Notes under the pieces: generated by a model
What the model was told of the DNA's origin: nothing
What the model saw: only the letters and a program-made list of their open reading frames with translations
Databases searched by the model: none
Assembly (NCBI GenBank): GCA_001949185.1
Contig: BDGG01000004.1
Span: 2,195,620 to 2,259,619, forward strand
From: Ramazzottius varieornatus
Taxonomy: Eukaryota > Animalia > Tardigrada
Direction of reading: 5' to 3'
DNA: 64,000 nucleotides
Program-made: the position numbers and the translations under genes
Part shown: piece by piece, positions 1-13,710 of the stretch
Layout of the letters: each line of letters begins with the position of its first letter
Position numbering within the stretch: position 1 is the first letter of the stretch

Positions 1-127
1 GTCCAGAGTCCAGACCGGAAGCTGGCCTTTATTGTGGGAATTTATGGTCAGGCGTGTCGCTTCGTCTATATACGACTCCTTATGGCGTGCTTGGAAGGGC
101 TAAACTCATAGTAATTCTCTCTTCTAG

Positions 128-2407
128 CTTAAAGCGCAGCGGAATGCGAAAAAGATCCCGGTCAGCCTTCAGCAGTCGATAACAAAGGAGGAATTCGAGA
201 AGAGCCGCGAGTACACTTTGGATAAATCGGTCTTTGGGATGCTGACGGGAGTGGTCAATCAGATCGAAACGACGGTAACTTACATTCTTACGCTTTGAAG
301 TGCAAAACGTCTGACGGAATATTGGTTTTACGGAAACTGAAGTACAGTATGGTGGCAGCCTAGCAGATGTATCAACTGCTCACGATCAGACACATCCTTG
401 TGTGGTATCTTGACGGTACCTCGAAAGAATGAAAATTTAACGGAAATTTTTGTTTTCTAGTTGATTCTTCTTTTGAACGGCATGCCATGGTTATGGAAAG
501 TGAGTGGAGAACTGCAACCGCTTCGCTTTGGGCCATTGGGCACTGAGGTTAGGAATGTAGGAAGTGGCGCTTGGGTCTTCTTGTGTAACCAACGAAAATG
601 ATTGTTTGGAATTGTAATCTCGGTTTAGATCTGCCAGACTCTGGTCTTCCTCACCCTCTCGCAGGTACCGTGCAAGTTTTATTTTAGGAATTTTCTTCTT
701 TGAAGTACTGGATTATCAAGCTCCGTTTCTCGGGCAGATATTGGAAACAATCATATCACTGCCTTTTTCGTACTACAAGACCTTTGTAATCGAGGAGCGA
801 CACGGGATGAACAAACAGGTACCTATCCGTATGAATACGTTTTTGCTAAAGTCCTTCTAACCCTTGTATTTTGTAGACGCTGGGTTATTTCTTCAAGGAC
901 ATGATCAAAAAGTTTTTTGTCTTCAATGTTGTCATCTCGAACATCGTCGTCCCTCTACTCATCTATGTCATCCATGTGCGTTCTCCAAACTCGACAAATA
1001 CGGATTTAAGGGTTACCAAGCTGTCAGTCAGTTTTGATTCTTTGTTTTTCAGATCGGTGGAGATTATGCCTTTTTTTATGCGTGGTTATTCTGCGTTGTA
1101 GTGTTCCTGGTACGTTATCTCGTATTTTAATGCGTGTATAGTATCGGAGCACTACCACGCCTTTTTCTGTTACAGTTCATCTCCACAATATACCAGGATT
1201 ACATCGCTCCCATCTTCGATACCTACAAACCTGTACCGGAAGGAGAACTCAGGACGAGCATTGAAGCTCTGACAAACAAGCTGAGGTTTCCTCTACACCG
1301 CCTCTACATTGTCGAAGGTTTGCAGTGGTCACTTGCCATGATTAAGCAAGAACAGTACACCATGTTCAAAGTATCTGAGCCCGGCGAGGTTTTATTTACA
1401 GGCTCAAAACGGTCCGCGCATGCAAACGCCTACTTTTTCGGAATGTTCAATAAGAAGACGATCGTTCTGTTCGACACGCTCTTCGGCACCGAGGAGAAAC
1501 CAGTGCAGTCTGCTAAGCCATCAGAAACCGCAACAGATCCGCTGTCAAATAGAGACAGTGAAATCAAAGGGGTTCGTTAGATAAGCTGCGACTCAAGTAG
1601 TTCACATTCCGTGGCACATGCAGCGGTCCCGTAACGGAAAAGTGTGCATGTTCGGGATTACACTTACGAGTACTAACCTCCTTGATGTTTCGTATGTATT
1701 TCAGGACAAGGAGGTGGCGCTAGGGTGCTCGAATCAAGAAATCGTAGCTGTTTTATCGCACGAACTAGGACACTGGTCCTTGGGACATTTTTGGAAGAAT
1801 ATTTTGATCTCCATGGTATGTACCGCTAAACATCAAGTGGTCATCGTCATTCCCATCCGGAATCCTCGAGATCAGAAAACCGAAACACAGAATTTATTTC
1901 AGACTAGTCTCCTGGTATCCTTCTCTGTTTTCGGGTTCCTGTACCGAAATCAGGCGATATTCTCGGCGTTCGGATTCTACAACGAGCAGCCTACGATCAT
2001 CGGCCTCGTCATCATTTTGCAGTACATCTACGCGCCTGCAAATGAGGTAGGAATACCCGAGCATGCTTGGCGATGGTTTTGCGCTCATTCCAGTCATATT
2101 TCAGATCCTGTCTTTCGCAATGACCCAGCTGAGCCGGATGTTCGAGTTTCAGGCGGACAGTTTCGCCAAGAAACTGAACGCAGCGGAAGCGCTCAAGGGT
2201 GCCCTAATCAAGCTCAATCAAACGAACAAGGGCTTTCCTGTCCACGACTGGCTGTACAGTAAGTGCTTAAATGGTTGACACTGAAGTCTCCGGCAATTGA
2301 ATGCGCAGATGCTAAAGACCCGTAAAAACTTCTATCTTTTAGGCATGTTCAACCATTCCCATCCTACCCTTGAGCAGCGTCTTGCTGCGTTGGGTAAGAC
2401 GGAGTGA
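128..2407 (+). CDS. ZMPSTE24: CAAX prenyl protease 1 (Ste24/FACE-1, M48 metalloprotease); multi-exon, 5' end outside the window
   Basis: Spliced exons give [60 protein letters not shown], the HEXXH motif [21 protein letters not shown] and [15 protein letters not shown]; TGA at 2405-2407. Confidence 0.96.
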
Positions 2408-2607
2408 GCTGAGAATGAGGATCTCGGCGGCACCATGCGGACATATCGGTTCGCGTAGAAGATACCGGTACTGAGATACTGCGTTGCACTGTTTGAGCAC
2501 TGTTTTTCAAAAAAAAGGGAAAACATGCTGAGAATTTTTTTTGAATTTTCATTCCATCCAGTTTCATTCGATACCAGCTATCTGATATTGAAACTCAAGA
2601 CTTCCGG

Positions 2608-3552
2608 CTAAAGCATCTCGCTAATATTGTCGGAGTCTTTCTTGTCCTCAGTTACGTTTTCTGTTTCTGGATACGGAATGCATACAATACTTTGCGGTTT
2701 ATCGGTTGACTCGTCGTTCTTCAGGGTATATTGCTGTCGATTGCTGGCTCGCCACTCATGGAGGAAATCCTTCAGTCCATCTACGGCGAAAATTATCACA
2801 CGATTCATTCTAACGTATTTCCATAACTAAGCACTTGTATCAGAGCCTAAGGAGCTCACCTTCATTTAGGTTGACCAACTCTGTCTGTTCGATCTCGCAT
2901 CCGGTGATGCAATCACGAGACTTCTCCTCCACGTAACCTCGGTCTCCCAAATGGCGAGAAACTACCAGTGTTTCTGTGTTACTTTCCGAGTCGCACGAGG
3001 TCCGACGACATTCACGTACCTAATAATAATACATCATGAGACTACAGTTACTGGTGTTATGTGTTGTCGCGTACGCTTAGCGCATTACCCGCTTTTAGCT
3101 CTAACCAAATCCAGAAACTGGTCAGTTGTTTTAAGTGCGTTGTACTTACGCCACCTGGAGCGGTCCGCGTAGCCGCTGACGCGTGAAACAGCTTCGGTCT
3201 TCCTTGTCCATCGTCCACATAAGTTGAAACTGAGGTCGCACTGAACGAATGTCCAAGGGTTTTGCAGGCTGAACGCGAGGTTTCCTTCAGAGTTTTCTCC
3301 TGTAATTCATTAAACAGTTACGCTAACGTTGTTTGGGTTTGGCATTTGGGCTCGTTAGTATGTACTTGCTGACTTTGCTAAAATCACCAGAAACAAACTC
3401 ACGATCTCATCAAAGGCGGCATCGATTTCGTCGATGTCCAGTTTTCCTTCCGGGTCCGCGCAAATCGCATTCCGAGGCTTTGGACCAACTTTGTTCCTTC
3501 CCGGGAACAACGAAGCACGAAGTAGGCCCGAGCAGTTCGCCACTTGAGACAT
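2608..3552 (-). CDS. MLF: Myeloid leukemia factor (MLF)-like protein, 4 exons
   Basis: Spliced translation contains GHSFSATSVSTY..GRPKLFHASAATRTAPGG|VRECRRTSCDSESNTETLVVSRHLGDRGYVEEKSRDCITG..ELVNLNE|DGLKDFLHEW, matching the MLF1/2 core (GHSF..TRRAPGGIKETR..GHHI.DR..F.EEW). Confidence 0.85.
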
Positions 3553-3898
3553 CTTGTTGAACAGTCGTCGGTGGCAGAGCTTCCGTTTGAAGGCAGGAAA
3601 CCGTTTAGAGCAATTATCGTATAACGGGCTGTCAAAGCAAAGCGTCGCAGCAATATGTTATGAAGTCGTCCGAAACTTCATGGTTCACCGTGAAAGATAA
3701 TCACACCCTCCCGTGCGCATACGTTCGGATCCCGGACGACAAGCGCTCGTCGACGAGCTTCAATGGAAGAGCTGACCACCTTAATTACAGGTATTATCTT
3801 CACGGATAAAATCAAATCCGCATATGCAACTTTCAGAATACAAAAAAACAGCACGGTGAAAGCACAAATGATCCGCTCGTTCGCTGCAGGCACTGGTA

Positions 3899-4066
3899 CA
3901 GTGTATGACAGAATAAACCGTTAAAAATGGGTGTTGGATGGAACCAGATGGATGACGCCAATGAAATTTGCGCATGCAGCAAAATATAATTCTTATTGGC
4001 CGAGTCGTAAATAATCTCCAGCTTCAGTATTACGCCCATTTCGACGGGTAATTTTGTCGTACACTG
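3899..4066. mobile_element. Tc1/mariner-type MITE (168 bp)
   Basis: Imperfect TIRs of about 35 bp (CAGTGTATGACAGAATAAACCGTT.. vs revcomp CAGTGTACGACAAAATTACCCGTC..), flanked by TA at 3897-3898 and 4067-4068. Confidence 0.8.
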
Positions 4067-4629
4067 TACAGTAAGAACTGCTGATCCCAACGAAAGCTAG
4101 ATCCTAGAGTCATGAGCAGACGCGCAAATTGATCACACAACAAACAACCTCGTGCTTGAATGCCAGATGGCAAAAGACACACATCTTCGGCCTGGCAGTC
4201 AAGATGGAGTTCTAAAGAGGCTAGAGTCCTTCACGCTTCAATGACAGTACGAGCCCATGCTACTGCGAGTGACGCACAATTCCCCGTAGTCTGCACGACT
4301 TCAACGCTATTAATAAACCGTCCACTACTATCCCACGCCCCAAGAAGCGGTTCAGATATTCAGGTCAGTGAAAATTAAGGTCTGGAATTGCAGATTTGTA
4401 GGTTGGTAGCTGTCGGAAACAGGCACCAAGTTCTTCACTCTCCGAACCCCGTATCAGACCAGCGTCAACAGAATTCTAACTGGAGCACAATTATCACTCA
4501 GTTATCAAACGTGTTAGATGCCTTATTGTACCCCAAACAGTTCACAAACATGACAAAAAATAAAATAAACAACGTAGACTGGCAGACGTCAGAATAAAAA
4601 ACACTTCCTTGTGCAAGTCGCCTTGGATT

Positions 4630-5422
4630 TTACTTTACAATCTTACTTAGCTGTGTTTGCACTCTTTTCGTGACACCGGAAAGGGCTCTGATGTTGGTGT
4701 CGGCGCACTGAATAACACATTCTTCGTAATGGGCAGTCACCTTCTTTGAAAGAGATTTATCCGTTACTTTATCCTTCATTTCGTCCTAAGAACACAGAGG
4801 GCGCTTCCACCAAGCGAAAGCTAGAGGGGAACCAATGTGGCTTATTGAACTCAGAGTCTCAAACAACTTACCTGGCAGCTCATAATACATCTTTCGATCC
4901 GTCCCTGTAATGCCCATTAAGCTATAAAAATCTGGCGTTATAACTTTTATCTCATATACGCAGCGGGAAACTGCTGGACCATATCCATTTTCCACATTCA
5001 GTCAGTTAACCCAAGTCGGTTCTCCGGAAGTGCTCCTCGTGGCCGAGAACGTCTCGGATACACGACGATCATACGGTACATACCTGGAAATCATTAAGCT
5101 CGTGCCCGAGCACATCCTGCGCTTTTGCAACTGTTTCCATACAACTGCCAATGCAGCGTTGACGATCCTCCATTGTTTTCTTGGTGTCATCACAGCAGCT
5201 AGCACAACATTTGAACGATTGAGCCTGAAAAGACAGCACTTTGGGTTATGATAGAATTCAGCTCAGGTAACAACACGGAAACGGAAGCGATCAATTTGCC
5301 GGTTAGCCCAGTTATAATACGGGAAGGTGGGTACTTACCTGAAGATTTCTCAGATGAGAAGTGTCGATCTCGTTCAACATGCCATTTACGGCATCTTCCA
5401 CCTTCTTCTGTGCGGCCTCCAT
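4630..5422 (-). CDS. FAM136A: FAM136A family protein, 4 exons including a 33-nt exon
   Basis: MEAAQKKVEDAVNGMLNEIDTSHLRNLQ|AQSFKCCASCCDD..QRCIGSC..ELNDFQ|GRIERCIMSCQ|DEMKD..YEECVIQCADTN..: CX3C pattern and length typical of FAM136A. Confidence 0.9.
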
Positions 5423-6301
5423 CGATGCTTTAAACCTTCCGTAAAAGACAGTTGACGAGCCAGATTCGGCGATTTAACAGCACATGACCACACACAAGTC
5501 TGAGACATTCAAAATGAGGAGGACTGCTACTTATCACCACAGTCACGACTTAATCAAAGAGTGGACATCCCATTCTATCTTCGGAAATCTCTACAGGGGA
5601 ATGAAGCTTACCCGGGGAGCGCGCGGCGGAGTTAAGTCAACCAGTTACAAAGGAAGATCACGGTATGGTCGGGAGATGTTGCCACTTGTCAGTCCTCTGG
5701 ATTCAGCGCGATGGTCAGCAGCCGGACTGCAGCCCAACGTAAAGTCGCCGCTTCACAGTCTGCGCTGCTGCTCCAACGCGGTCGTATCCCACTTCAGGAC
5801 CTTCAGGTCACCGACGCCGATAATGAATACACTTGATTACTGCCAAAGTTCAGGAAGGGGATAATCCTACAATAGCAATTTGCAAGGATGTAAAATCAAT
5901 TAATGCAATGCGCAACCAGAGGTGGACGGGTGGATCTACTCAGCCTATATACATATAACGGGACTGTCACTTACGACCCGACAAGAATTGGTGCAACAGG
6001 AAAATTTCGTCCCCAGTGCGCAAATCCTACTTTTTGAACAAGAGGCCCGGTATTCGAATGACATTCGGAACGACATTTTTAATATGAAAAACATTGATTG
6101 ACTGATTGCCGTTTGCAAGTTGGGCCGCACTTGATGTTGCGAAGCCGTTCTGTGTTTTGGATAATTCACTGAGTAGATCACCCGTCCATCCCTGTGGGCA
6201 ACTCCTAAATGGGGAAAACGGTGGATGTGGTTGATTGTCCCAATGTATTGATTGCGCGTCTGTCCACATACGATGAGATCATGAGACGGATGAGTCGATG
6301 A

Positions 6302-6761
6302 CAGGGATGAGCAGTTTTGGAACGGCGTAGCGTTTTTGGACCAGTTTTCCGCTTCGCTACGCTATATAACGAAACTACAGCGGAACTGGACCACTCAAAA
6401 TTATCCTGGACGAAGCGATGACGATCCATAGCGGAAATAGCGGAACTCGAGCTAAAACTGGTGACAATGCTAGGTTCCCTATGGGTATTCATCAAGTGAA
6501 GGTCGACTTTAGCAAACTTCTTCAAGATTATTTGATTTTGTTTCGAGCTTGAAGTCAGTACTTCATTATCTTACTAATCAGTTTCGATTATGAAAACGGC
6601 CGAAAATCGATGCTTTTTCTTGCACAAAGGTAGTTTACTATAGCGGTAGCCAAGCGGATAGCGGACCCTTGTATCTCATAGCGGGTCATAGCGAAGCGCT
6701 GTTGCCTCATGGAAGCGGTGGCGAAGCGGACAGAATCAAACCCTATAACTGCTCAACCCTG
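6302..6761. mobile_element. hAT-type MITE (460 bp)
   Basis: TIR CAGGGATGAGCAGTT vs revcomp CAGGGTTGAGCAGTT; perfect 8-bp TSD GTCGATGA at 6294-6301 and 6762-6769; subterminal AGCGG/TAGCG repeats. Confidence 0.9.
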
Positions 6762-7271
6762 GTCGATGAGGGACGATGACATACCGGAGTACATACGTAC
6801 TTGGTAGACTACCTCACAGCGGTCAGAGTACGTCACAACGATCCAGTCATCACATTTCCAACTTTTGGTTCTTCATCCGTGCATTGCCAGTTCCTCACAG
6901 TTTCTCCCAGCTTTTCGTCAAGAAACCACCCTAAAAACTGTTCTCTTTGTTCGTTGTTCAATTATATCGAAAATAACTACGCGAGTCCTGTCCGGCGTGC
7001 AGTGAAAGGCCTCGCGGCGCCGTAGGTTTACTTCTCGAACGACGAATCGAAGCTGTTCATAAAACAGTCAGAAGAACATCGCCATCGTTAACGCTTCCCA
7101 CCCAGTATTCGACGAGAACAACAGTAGCTACAGAACCGCCTTGATTGAGACTGGCTCACGAATCAAAGTTACTCCGTTAGTTATCGGAGCGAACATGAAA
7201 GATTTACAGCGTACGAAAACTAAGAAAATAAAAACAGCATTCCTGAGAATTCCGCTTCGATCCGTGGCCTG

Positions 7272-8200
7272 CTATGTTTTGGTGGCTTTGATCAATGTAT
7301 CCCGAATTTCCACGGAATAGTTATGCAGCTGAGAAATATCTGTGTAAAGAACCAGATGAATGTTAGCTAACACCATCCAATAACAAAACAGGAAATGCAG
7401 GTAAAAAGAGACATACTTATTTCTGAAGTCACGATATTCTTTTTGCACTCCTCGTAACACGAAAGTAGAATTTCTGAACATTTTTCTCCTAATTCAATCG
7501 CACTGAGTAGCCGCTGCTCCGCCTCGTCGAAGGAAAAATCGACGAAAAGATTAGCCTGCAAGAAAAGAAGCTAAGTTCCCATTTCCTCCAGCTTCGGATA
7601 TGATGAATTTTGCGGTAACTACGTTCTGTTGGGTAAAAAAGCTCGATTCATGGAAGAGATAATTATTTATACGTGAAGAAGTACTCTGTACGAGTAACTA
7701 CTGAGAGATCAAGAAAACCATAAAGCTCCTTACCCCAATATCCATTATTACCCGTCCTTCAGGAACTAAAGTCGCTTTTGCTTGCATCTGATGACCGATC
7801 ACGTAGCGTACGGTAGCAGATTCCTTTTATAATCCAAACCAATCATAAAATTCAAGACAGACATCCCACATGAATCGAACAGTGGCCAGCTCCGCACTCC
7901 AGTCTCTAAATACTGTTCAGTTTTCACAAACCTGCGTCCGCAGCTCATTTATGGTCCGCAGCATTTTAGTCCAGTGATCGATCAGCGATCTTATCCTACA
8001 AAACCAGATGATACTTTGGACGACCAAATGTGCGATAATAAAATTTGTGCCTCGCGAGTCGCATATTCGATCTTAAGAACAGCTCACCTTGATCTTTTGA
8101 GCTGAACGTTGCCCTCGACATCTTTCCACGCTGTCACAACGATTTGCTGGGCAGACGCGACAGAGTTCAGAGCATCAGCAGTCACAACTTTCTCCACCAT
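7272..8200 (-). CDS. Divergent alpha-type prefoldin (subunit 3 / VBP1-like), 5 exons
   Basis: Spliced ..ESATVRYVIGHQMQAKATLVPEGRVIMDIG|ANLFVDFSFDEAEQRL..KKNIVTSEI|NISQLHNYSV aligns in register with VBP1 (ETRFLLADNLYCKASVPPTDKVCLWLGANVMLEY..EA..FTTTEVNMARVYNWDV). Confidence 0.75.
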
Positions 8201-8766
8201 ATCTTCCCTATTCTACGCCAGAGCAGAACGTGGCTACATGAACAACGGCCAAGAAGATACACCACGTTTTGAATTATATATGCACACATACCAGAGGAGT
8301 CGCTTTCCGTATTCCTGATGCGCTGCAAACCTTCGCGATCTCATCCACCTCTCCCTGGATGGACGGTAAAAGAGCCAGTCCAACATTCATCTTCGGCGAC
8401 GGTGATTCAAAAGACGCTGAGATGTTGAAACGAGAGAAACCACTACGATTGAAACGACTGGGTAAGTAGCCGATCAAATAGCCGGCAGAAATTCACTTCA
8501 GAACTAAGAAGTTCTAAGCCGAAGGCGGGTCTTCTGTTTGATGCGCATAGATGATTGGCGGTCTGCTGAGTTAAACGCAAACTCTGTACTGAAGTTGTCG
8601 ATTTAGAAATCGTTATTGATTGAATGTTTTCATTTTTTTGGTTCTGTTGATTAACCGTAATTAAGACTGCTTAACAAGAGTTAGTTCTTAGGATGTCTCT
8701 GCAATCTGGGAGGAACTTGTGAAAAGTGTTGCTTGCACTTTGCAGGTCGGGAACAGGGATTGCATC

Positions 8767-11700
8767 ATGTATGAATCGGACTTGTCGGAAGAAAGGATTA
8801 TTTTTGGAGATTCACCAGCTGCACCAGCAAAATCTTCGCAAAACAGCTCTGTGATCACTGGTACAGACCCCGCATTACCCTTTCATCTACCGGTACTTAC
8901 ACTGTTCATATCTTCTTACAAACCGTGCTGATTGTCATGTTAGTGTCCGGAAGTGGGGATGGACTCACCGCGGTTCAAGAACCTTTGGTTCGCGACATTG
9001 CTGCTCAGCCGTTCACTTGGATAAGGTACATCCCACCTGGTTCAATCCACATGAACCTGCGCAACAGCTGTTGGATTTTCACAGGGATTCCGGTCCCGAA
9101 AAGCGAATACACTGCCGCGTACAGTTCCAGAGACTCCATGGATCTCTGTCTGCAGCTAGCTCGACGCATGGCCTCGGGACACAACCGATCGACCCCGTAC
9201 TGCATTCTTATTGGGTTGACAGTTCGGTACGTCATTGCATTCGCGTGGTGTCTATAAAACTTCTCCATGTTCATTCTGCGTTATAGAGTATGGAGGCATT
9301 TCGCTATTCCACGAAGTCGCAGCTAGCCGCATGGATGGAGGAACTCAATACGCTACAAATATCCAACTGGATCATTGTGGTCCTTGTAAGTCCGGACCAG
9401 AAACCCCTACGCTCCAGGGTCGCGCCACGCCTTGACGTCTACGAGAAGATAAAGAGCGAGTTCTGCAGCAAACCCGGAGATCATGGGCGGTAAACGCGCA
9501 CGTAATCTTGCATGTCGTAGCTAAGCTGCCGTTGTCAGAGATGGACCGTTAACTGCATATCATATTATAGGTGCGTCTTCCTCATGGATCCCCGGAGTGG
9601 AATGGGAGACGCTGACGCCTGGCATAACTGTGTGACGCAATTTCGCCAGCTTATTTTTGAGTCGTATGAAGCGAAGCTTCGCGTACTAGAAGAACGTTCT
9701 CGGATACTGCGAGATGGCAGAAATTCGCCGGGGTGGCGCTTTAGTGACTATTTTGACCTCCAGATAGCTTTGGTCAAATGCTATGAGAGACTAGGGTTCA
9801 AGGAGGAAGCATTACTCCGTCTGGACGAAACTTCTTCCGTGATTTCGATACTCGTAAGCGAAGGTAGGTAGATCTCCAAGACACGTAAGCGTTTCAGTAT
9901 TGACGTTTATTGTGTGTAGGTTCTCTGGATCATTACGCCCTGATTCTTACACATGACTGGATGGGTGTAAACTTAGCCAGAAGGCTAAAAGGGCATCGAG
10001 AGCTTCTAGAGTCGAAGCTCGAAGTTGATTTTATGTCCCTACTGGATGTTCGGACCTTTCTGTTTGTCTGCCAGTATGAGCTCCTGAGAGAACTTGGGCG
10101 TGAAGTGGAAATCATCGACCGCTCCGTTTCCTTTATACAAGATGTAAACCTGGACACGAGGACCCTGAAGGTTTGAGTGAAACAAGCATGTATTGAGTTT
10201 CCCATTGATGATGGTACATCCCTCTCTTCTAGGTTTCCATGATGCCAGGCGCCATACTTTGCTGGAACCTTCTGACGTGCAACGAAATTCGACAAATGTG
10301 CCAGGGCGGCGGTGACGGGATCAGCTTCCCTAATCTGCAAAGTTTGGCTACGCTGTTGGATCTGGAAAGAAACATGGTAACATTTTGCTCTACATAGGTG
10401 AAATCCGATTCCAGTTCGTGGCATTCTTCTTTTTTGTTTTCAGCTTGAGCAAACAGGTAGGTTATGTGGACTGATGCCCGGACAAGCCAGCACTCCCGAG
10501 CATCGGGTCTTGCTCGACGAACTAACTAAGGCCATAGAATCTTCGGTGGTATCTACTGCGATCCTTCGCCTTTTCGAGACACTGTCATCCACGGAGAAAT
10601 TCATGAAGGCGTATCTCGAGCTCTCGGAAATGACCATGGGGACTTTCAAACATGTTGGGCGCATTCGAACGGTGAAGCTACTTGGCGTAGACCTGGCAAG
10701 ATTATATATGTATGGTAGAATTCTGCTGTTTCTCATCTACTCTTCATACTACGGTTTGCTTTTTCGATTTTTTCAGGAAACTTGCCCTGTACGAAAAGGC
10801 GATGGCATTCCTGCTCGATGCGCTTAAGTTTCTTAGGTCAGAACGTTGGTTGGTATGTATTATTTTGCTCAGCGAGATCAATCGTAGTGTTGGCTATAAT
10901 GCGTGCGACAAGTGTTCCCTCTTACGAGAGCTCGGCTGTGACTGTTCTGGATCCCGGGACGTTTTCATCAGAATATCTAAATCAGCTTTTCTGCAGGTGG
11001 CTTGCGGCGATGTCGTAGAGCTGTATCTGCAGTGCGCCGAAGCCAGCTCACACTGGGATTGCGTGCTTCGAGGATCTATGGTGATTGTGTCTTGCCTAGA
11101 TGTGGACCTGAAGAGACGTCGGAAACACCTGTTGACGATACAGGACCTCGCAGAACGACCATCTCATATACCGGCACTCGGCTCGACCATGCCCATAGCG
11201 TGGCCAGATGCTTTTGTTATCACGATGGCAGGCGGTCTTCCGGAACAAGTCATCGTACAACAGCCATTTGACGTGGTGGTTGAAGTCGACTGCCACTTAC
11301 CGTCGGCCATGACTTTGAAAGAGATTCGTCTTGTAGTAGAAGCTGCCAGTTCGGTGGTCCATGTAGGGTCGCGGTCCCCAGTTCCAGCTGAAGACAACGT
11401 CCTGTTTGGTCCGAACAAGCACGGTGTCAAGGAGAAGCATCTGTTATGCAGTTCGACGCTAGAACACGAGGTCGATAACAACCCAAATAGCCTGAAGCAG
11501 TTTCCGGGAGTGAAGTGCGTGTTTCCCAAACCACAGTTGAGAGATCTTAGTGGGGAAGACTGTGATGATAAAGACAAGCTGAGTGCCGTGAGCTCAAACG
11601 CGAAGCTGGAACCCGGAAGACAGCTGCTGACATTCCCTCTGCAGGTAAGCTCCCCTATTTCATGGGATTAAGAAGTCAAAATATGTGGACAATCAAATGC

Positions 11701-13510
11701 TGAAAACTGAGTCTGATAAACCCAGCTGAGCATCAGCCCGCTTTTGCATTTGCAGCTGCAGGAAGTGGGGGAATATTATGTTAGGCATGTGTGCTTTCGC
11801 CTTTCGGAGACTGTCACGTTTGTTTCTTCCGTCGAAACCGAACCCAAAATCCACGTGTTTCCAGATGTAACATCATGTCAATTCGAACCCGCCAAGGGCC
11901 CTCAGACAAGTAAGGAGAGAAGACTCATGGTATTAATAGCGCAATATTGTTGGACCAACCGTCAGACGTTAGAAGAGGCTATGTATTCGTTGTCTGAGGG
12001 TATTATTTCGTTATTTCTCTCTTTCTGCTCTGTAGATCTCTGGACAAATGTACAACATCCATTTCACGTGAGACTGGAAGGAATGCCCGTTAGCATGGAG
12101 AACGTCACAATTACCATCCAGTCGACGGATCCGAGTTTCCTGAAGGTTGGTCTCTAAGTCTGGATATCTTCACCGGCATTTCCAGCTTGATGTTTTGTCT
12201 ACAGGTTTTCCAAGGGGAACAACGAGCAGGGTCTGAAAGTCTCTCCCTTTATGTCAAGAACGCTCGAAAGCAGGAGTTCAGAATACTATGCAGTGCTCTG
12301 CGTCCAGTCTACGATGCCGAGGTACGAGCTGGTTGAATGCAGTTGAATGGTTTCGGCTTTTCTCATAATCATGTGTGGTTTTGCCTTACAGCTAACAGTG
12401 CATCTTCCATGGAAAAGCGAACCGCAAAGGTTTCACTTCAAGTTTAAAGCGCCAGTGGAAATTGCCTTTAATGTTCGCACCTGCATATCGCCATCGCCAA
12501 TGACTTTCGTCTCGTCGACCATGAGGAACTTGCGGGGCTTCGCGGTGTCTATAACAAACGCTAGACTGAATTACGGAGATCAGCTCGCCGAGGTTCTAGT
12601 GAAGGAACACGCTGAACTTACTGTAAGTACTAACGTTCAACTTCCACTTTGCATCTGTCGATCATTTAAGATAAAATAGAGAATTCCTTCAAAGATTATT
12701 CCACCTTTCGCCACAACTACCGTACTTTGGAAGTTCATCGAAGAACCAAGCGAACCTGCTGAGATGGTATTCCGGTGTGCATATAATTTGTATAAAGAGT
12801 CTGACTCGAACGCCGAAGCTGAGCCATCTCACGAACTTGAAACTGGTTTTCAACCCGGAAAGTTCGGCCAGGTTTGTCATTTAGTTCCATAGCTCTGTGT
12901 CGCAGCTGTTGCATCTTTCGAAACCTCACTGTTATTGTGTTTTGTAGATGAGAGTCAGTATCGGTTTCAAGGCCAACTACCAGGAACCCCTGACGGTAGG
13001 AGACGACGTTAATCTGGTGTACTCAGTCCAAGCGCACAAGTTTCCAGACGGACTCACCCTGTTCTATCAAATTCACCACGACGTCAGTTACTGGCACAGC
13101 AACGAGAGCACAAGCGGTAAAATGTTATCTCCGTTGAAAAATCAGATCCTTACTGTGTTCTAACGCGTTTTACGTACAGGAAGCTTGAATTTTCCTCAAG
13201 GACCGCAGACGGAAATCGAAACTTCGGTAATCGCATTGAAAAGTGGCAGTACAGCGCTGCCATGTTTGCGGCTGTTTTATCTTCAAGACGAAGGTTTGCT
13301 TTCGTCGTTGTTTCCTTCTCCGGCAGGATACGGAACTAAAACTTCAAACGCTTTATACTTTCAGAAATATGTCCACTCGACTTTTTCCATGTGTACAACG
13401 AGAGTGCCTATCAGATGACTACCATTAAGAATAAAGAGCTATCGGAAAAGGACGGAAAAGTAGTGGACCAAGACGTCGATGTAAAAGACATTCCGCACGC
13501 TACAGCATGA
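8767..13510 (+). CDS. TRAPPC10: Trafficking protein particle complex subunit 10 (Trs130 homologue), multi-exon
   Basis: PVLHSYW..LAAWMEEL...NWIIVVLV, PGWRFSDYFDLQIALVKCYERLGFKEEALLRLDE, MSLLDVRTFLFVCQ, and FMKAYLELSEMTMGTFKHVGRIRTVKLLGVDLARLY match TRAPPC10 blocks; TGA at 13508-13510. The first exon is uncertain. Confidence 0.9.
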
Positions 13511-13710
13511 AAATACGGCAGCTCAAACTTGCGGAACCCCGTGCTAAACTATCTTGTACAAAAAACTGTGATATTTTTTGCGGTTTTGTCTTTTTCTGTA
13601 CGAACTTGAACCGCTTTTCTGAAGATTTTATGGTTTGACTAATGTGTAAATACAATTTTTACTGTAAATAATTCTTCGTAGATTGAACTCTAAATGTAAA
13701 CCATCGCCGT

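Noticed and set aside
3678-4090. Several 64-85-aa minus-strand ORFs
   Set aside because: They overlap or adjoin the 168-bp MITE and show no recognisable motifs.
5484-6300. Short ORFs on both strands, with some minus-strand splice-like sites
   Set aside because: No consistent spliced frame or motif; may be non-coding or UTR exons.
6205-6525. 106-aa minus-strand ORF
   Set aside because: Runs across the MITE boundary at 6302, so it is a chance ORF.
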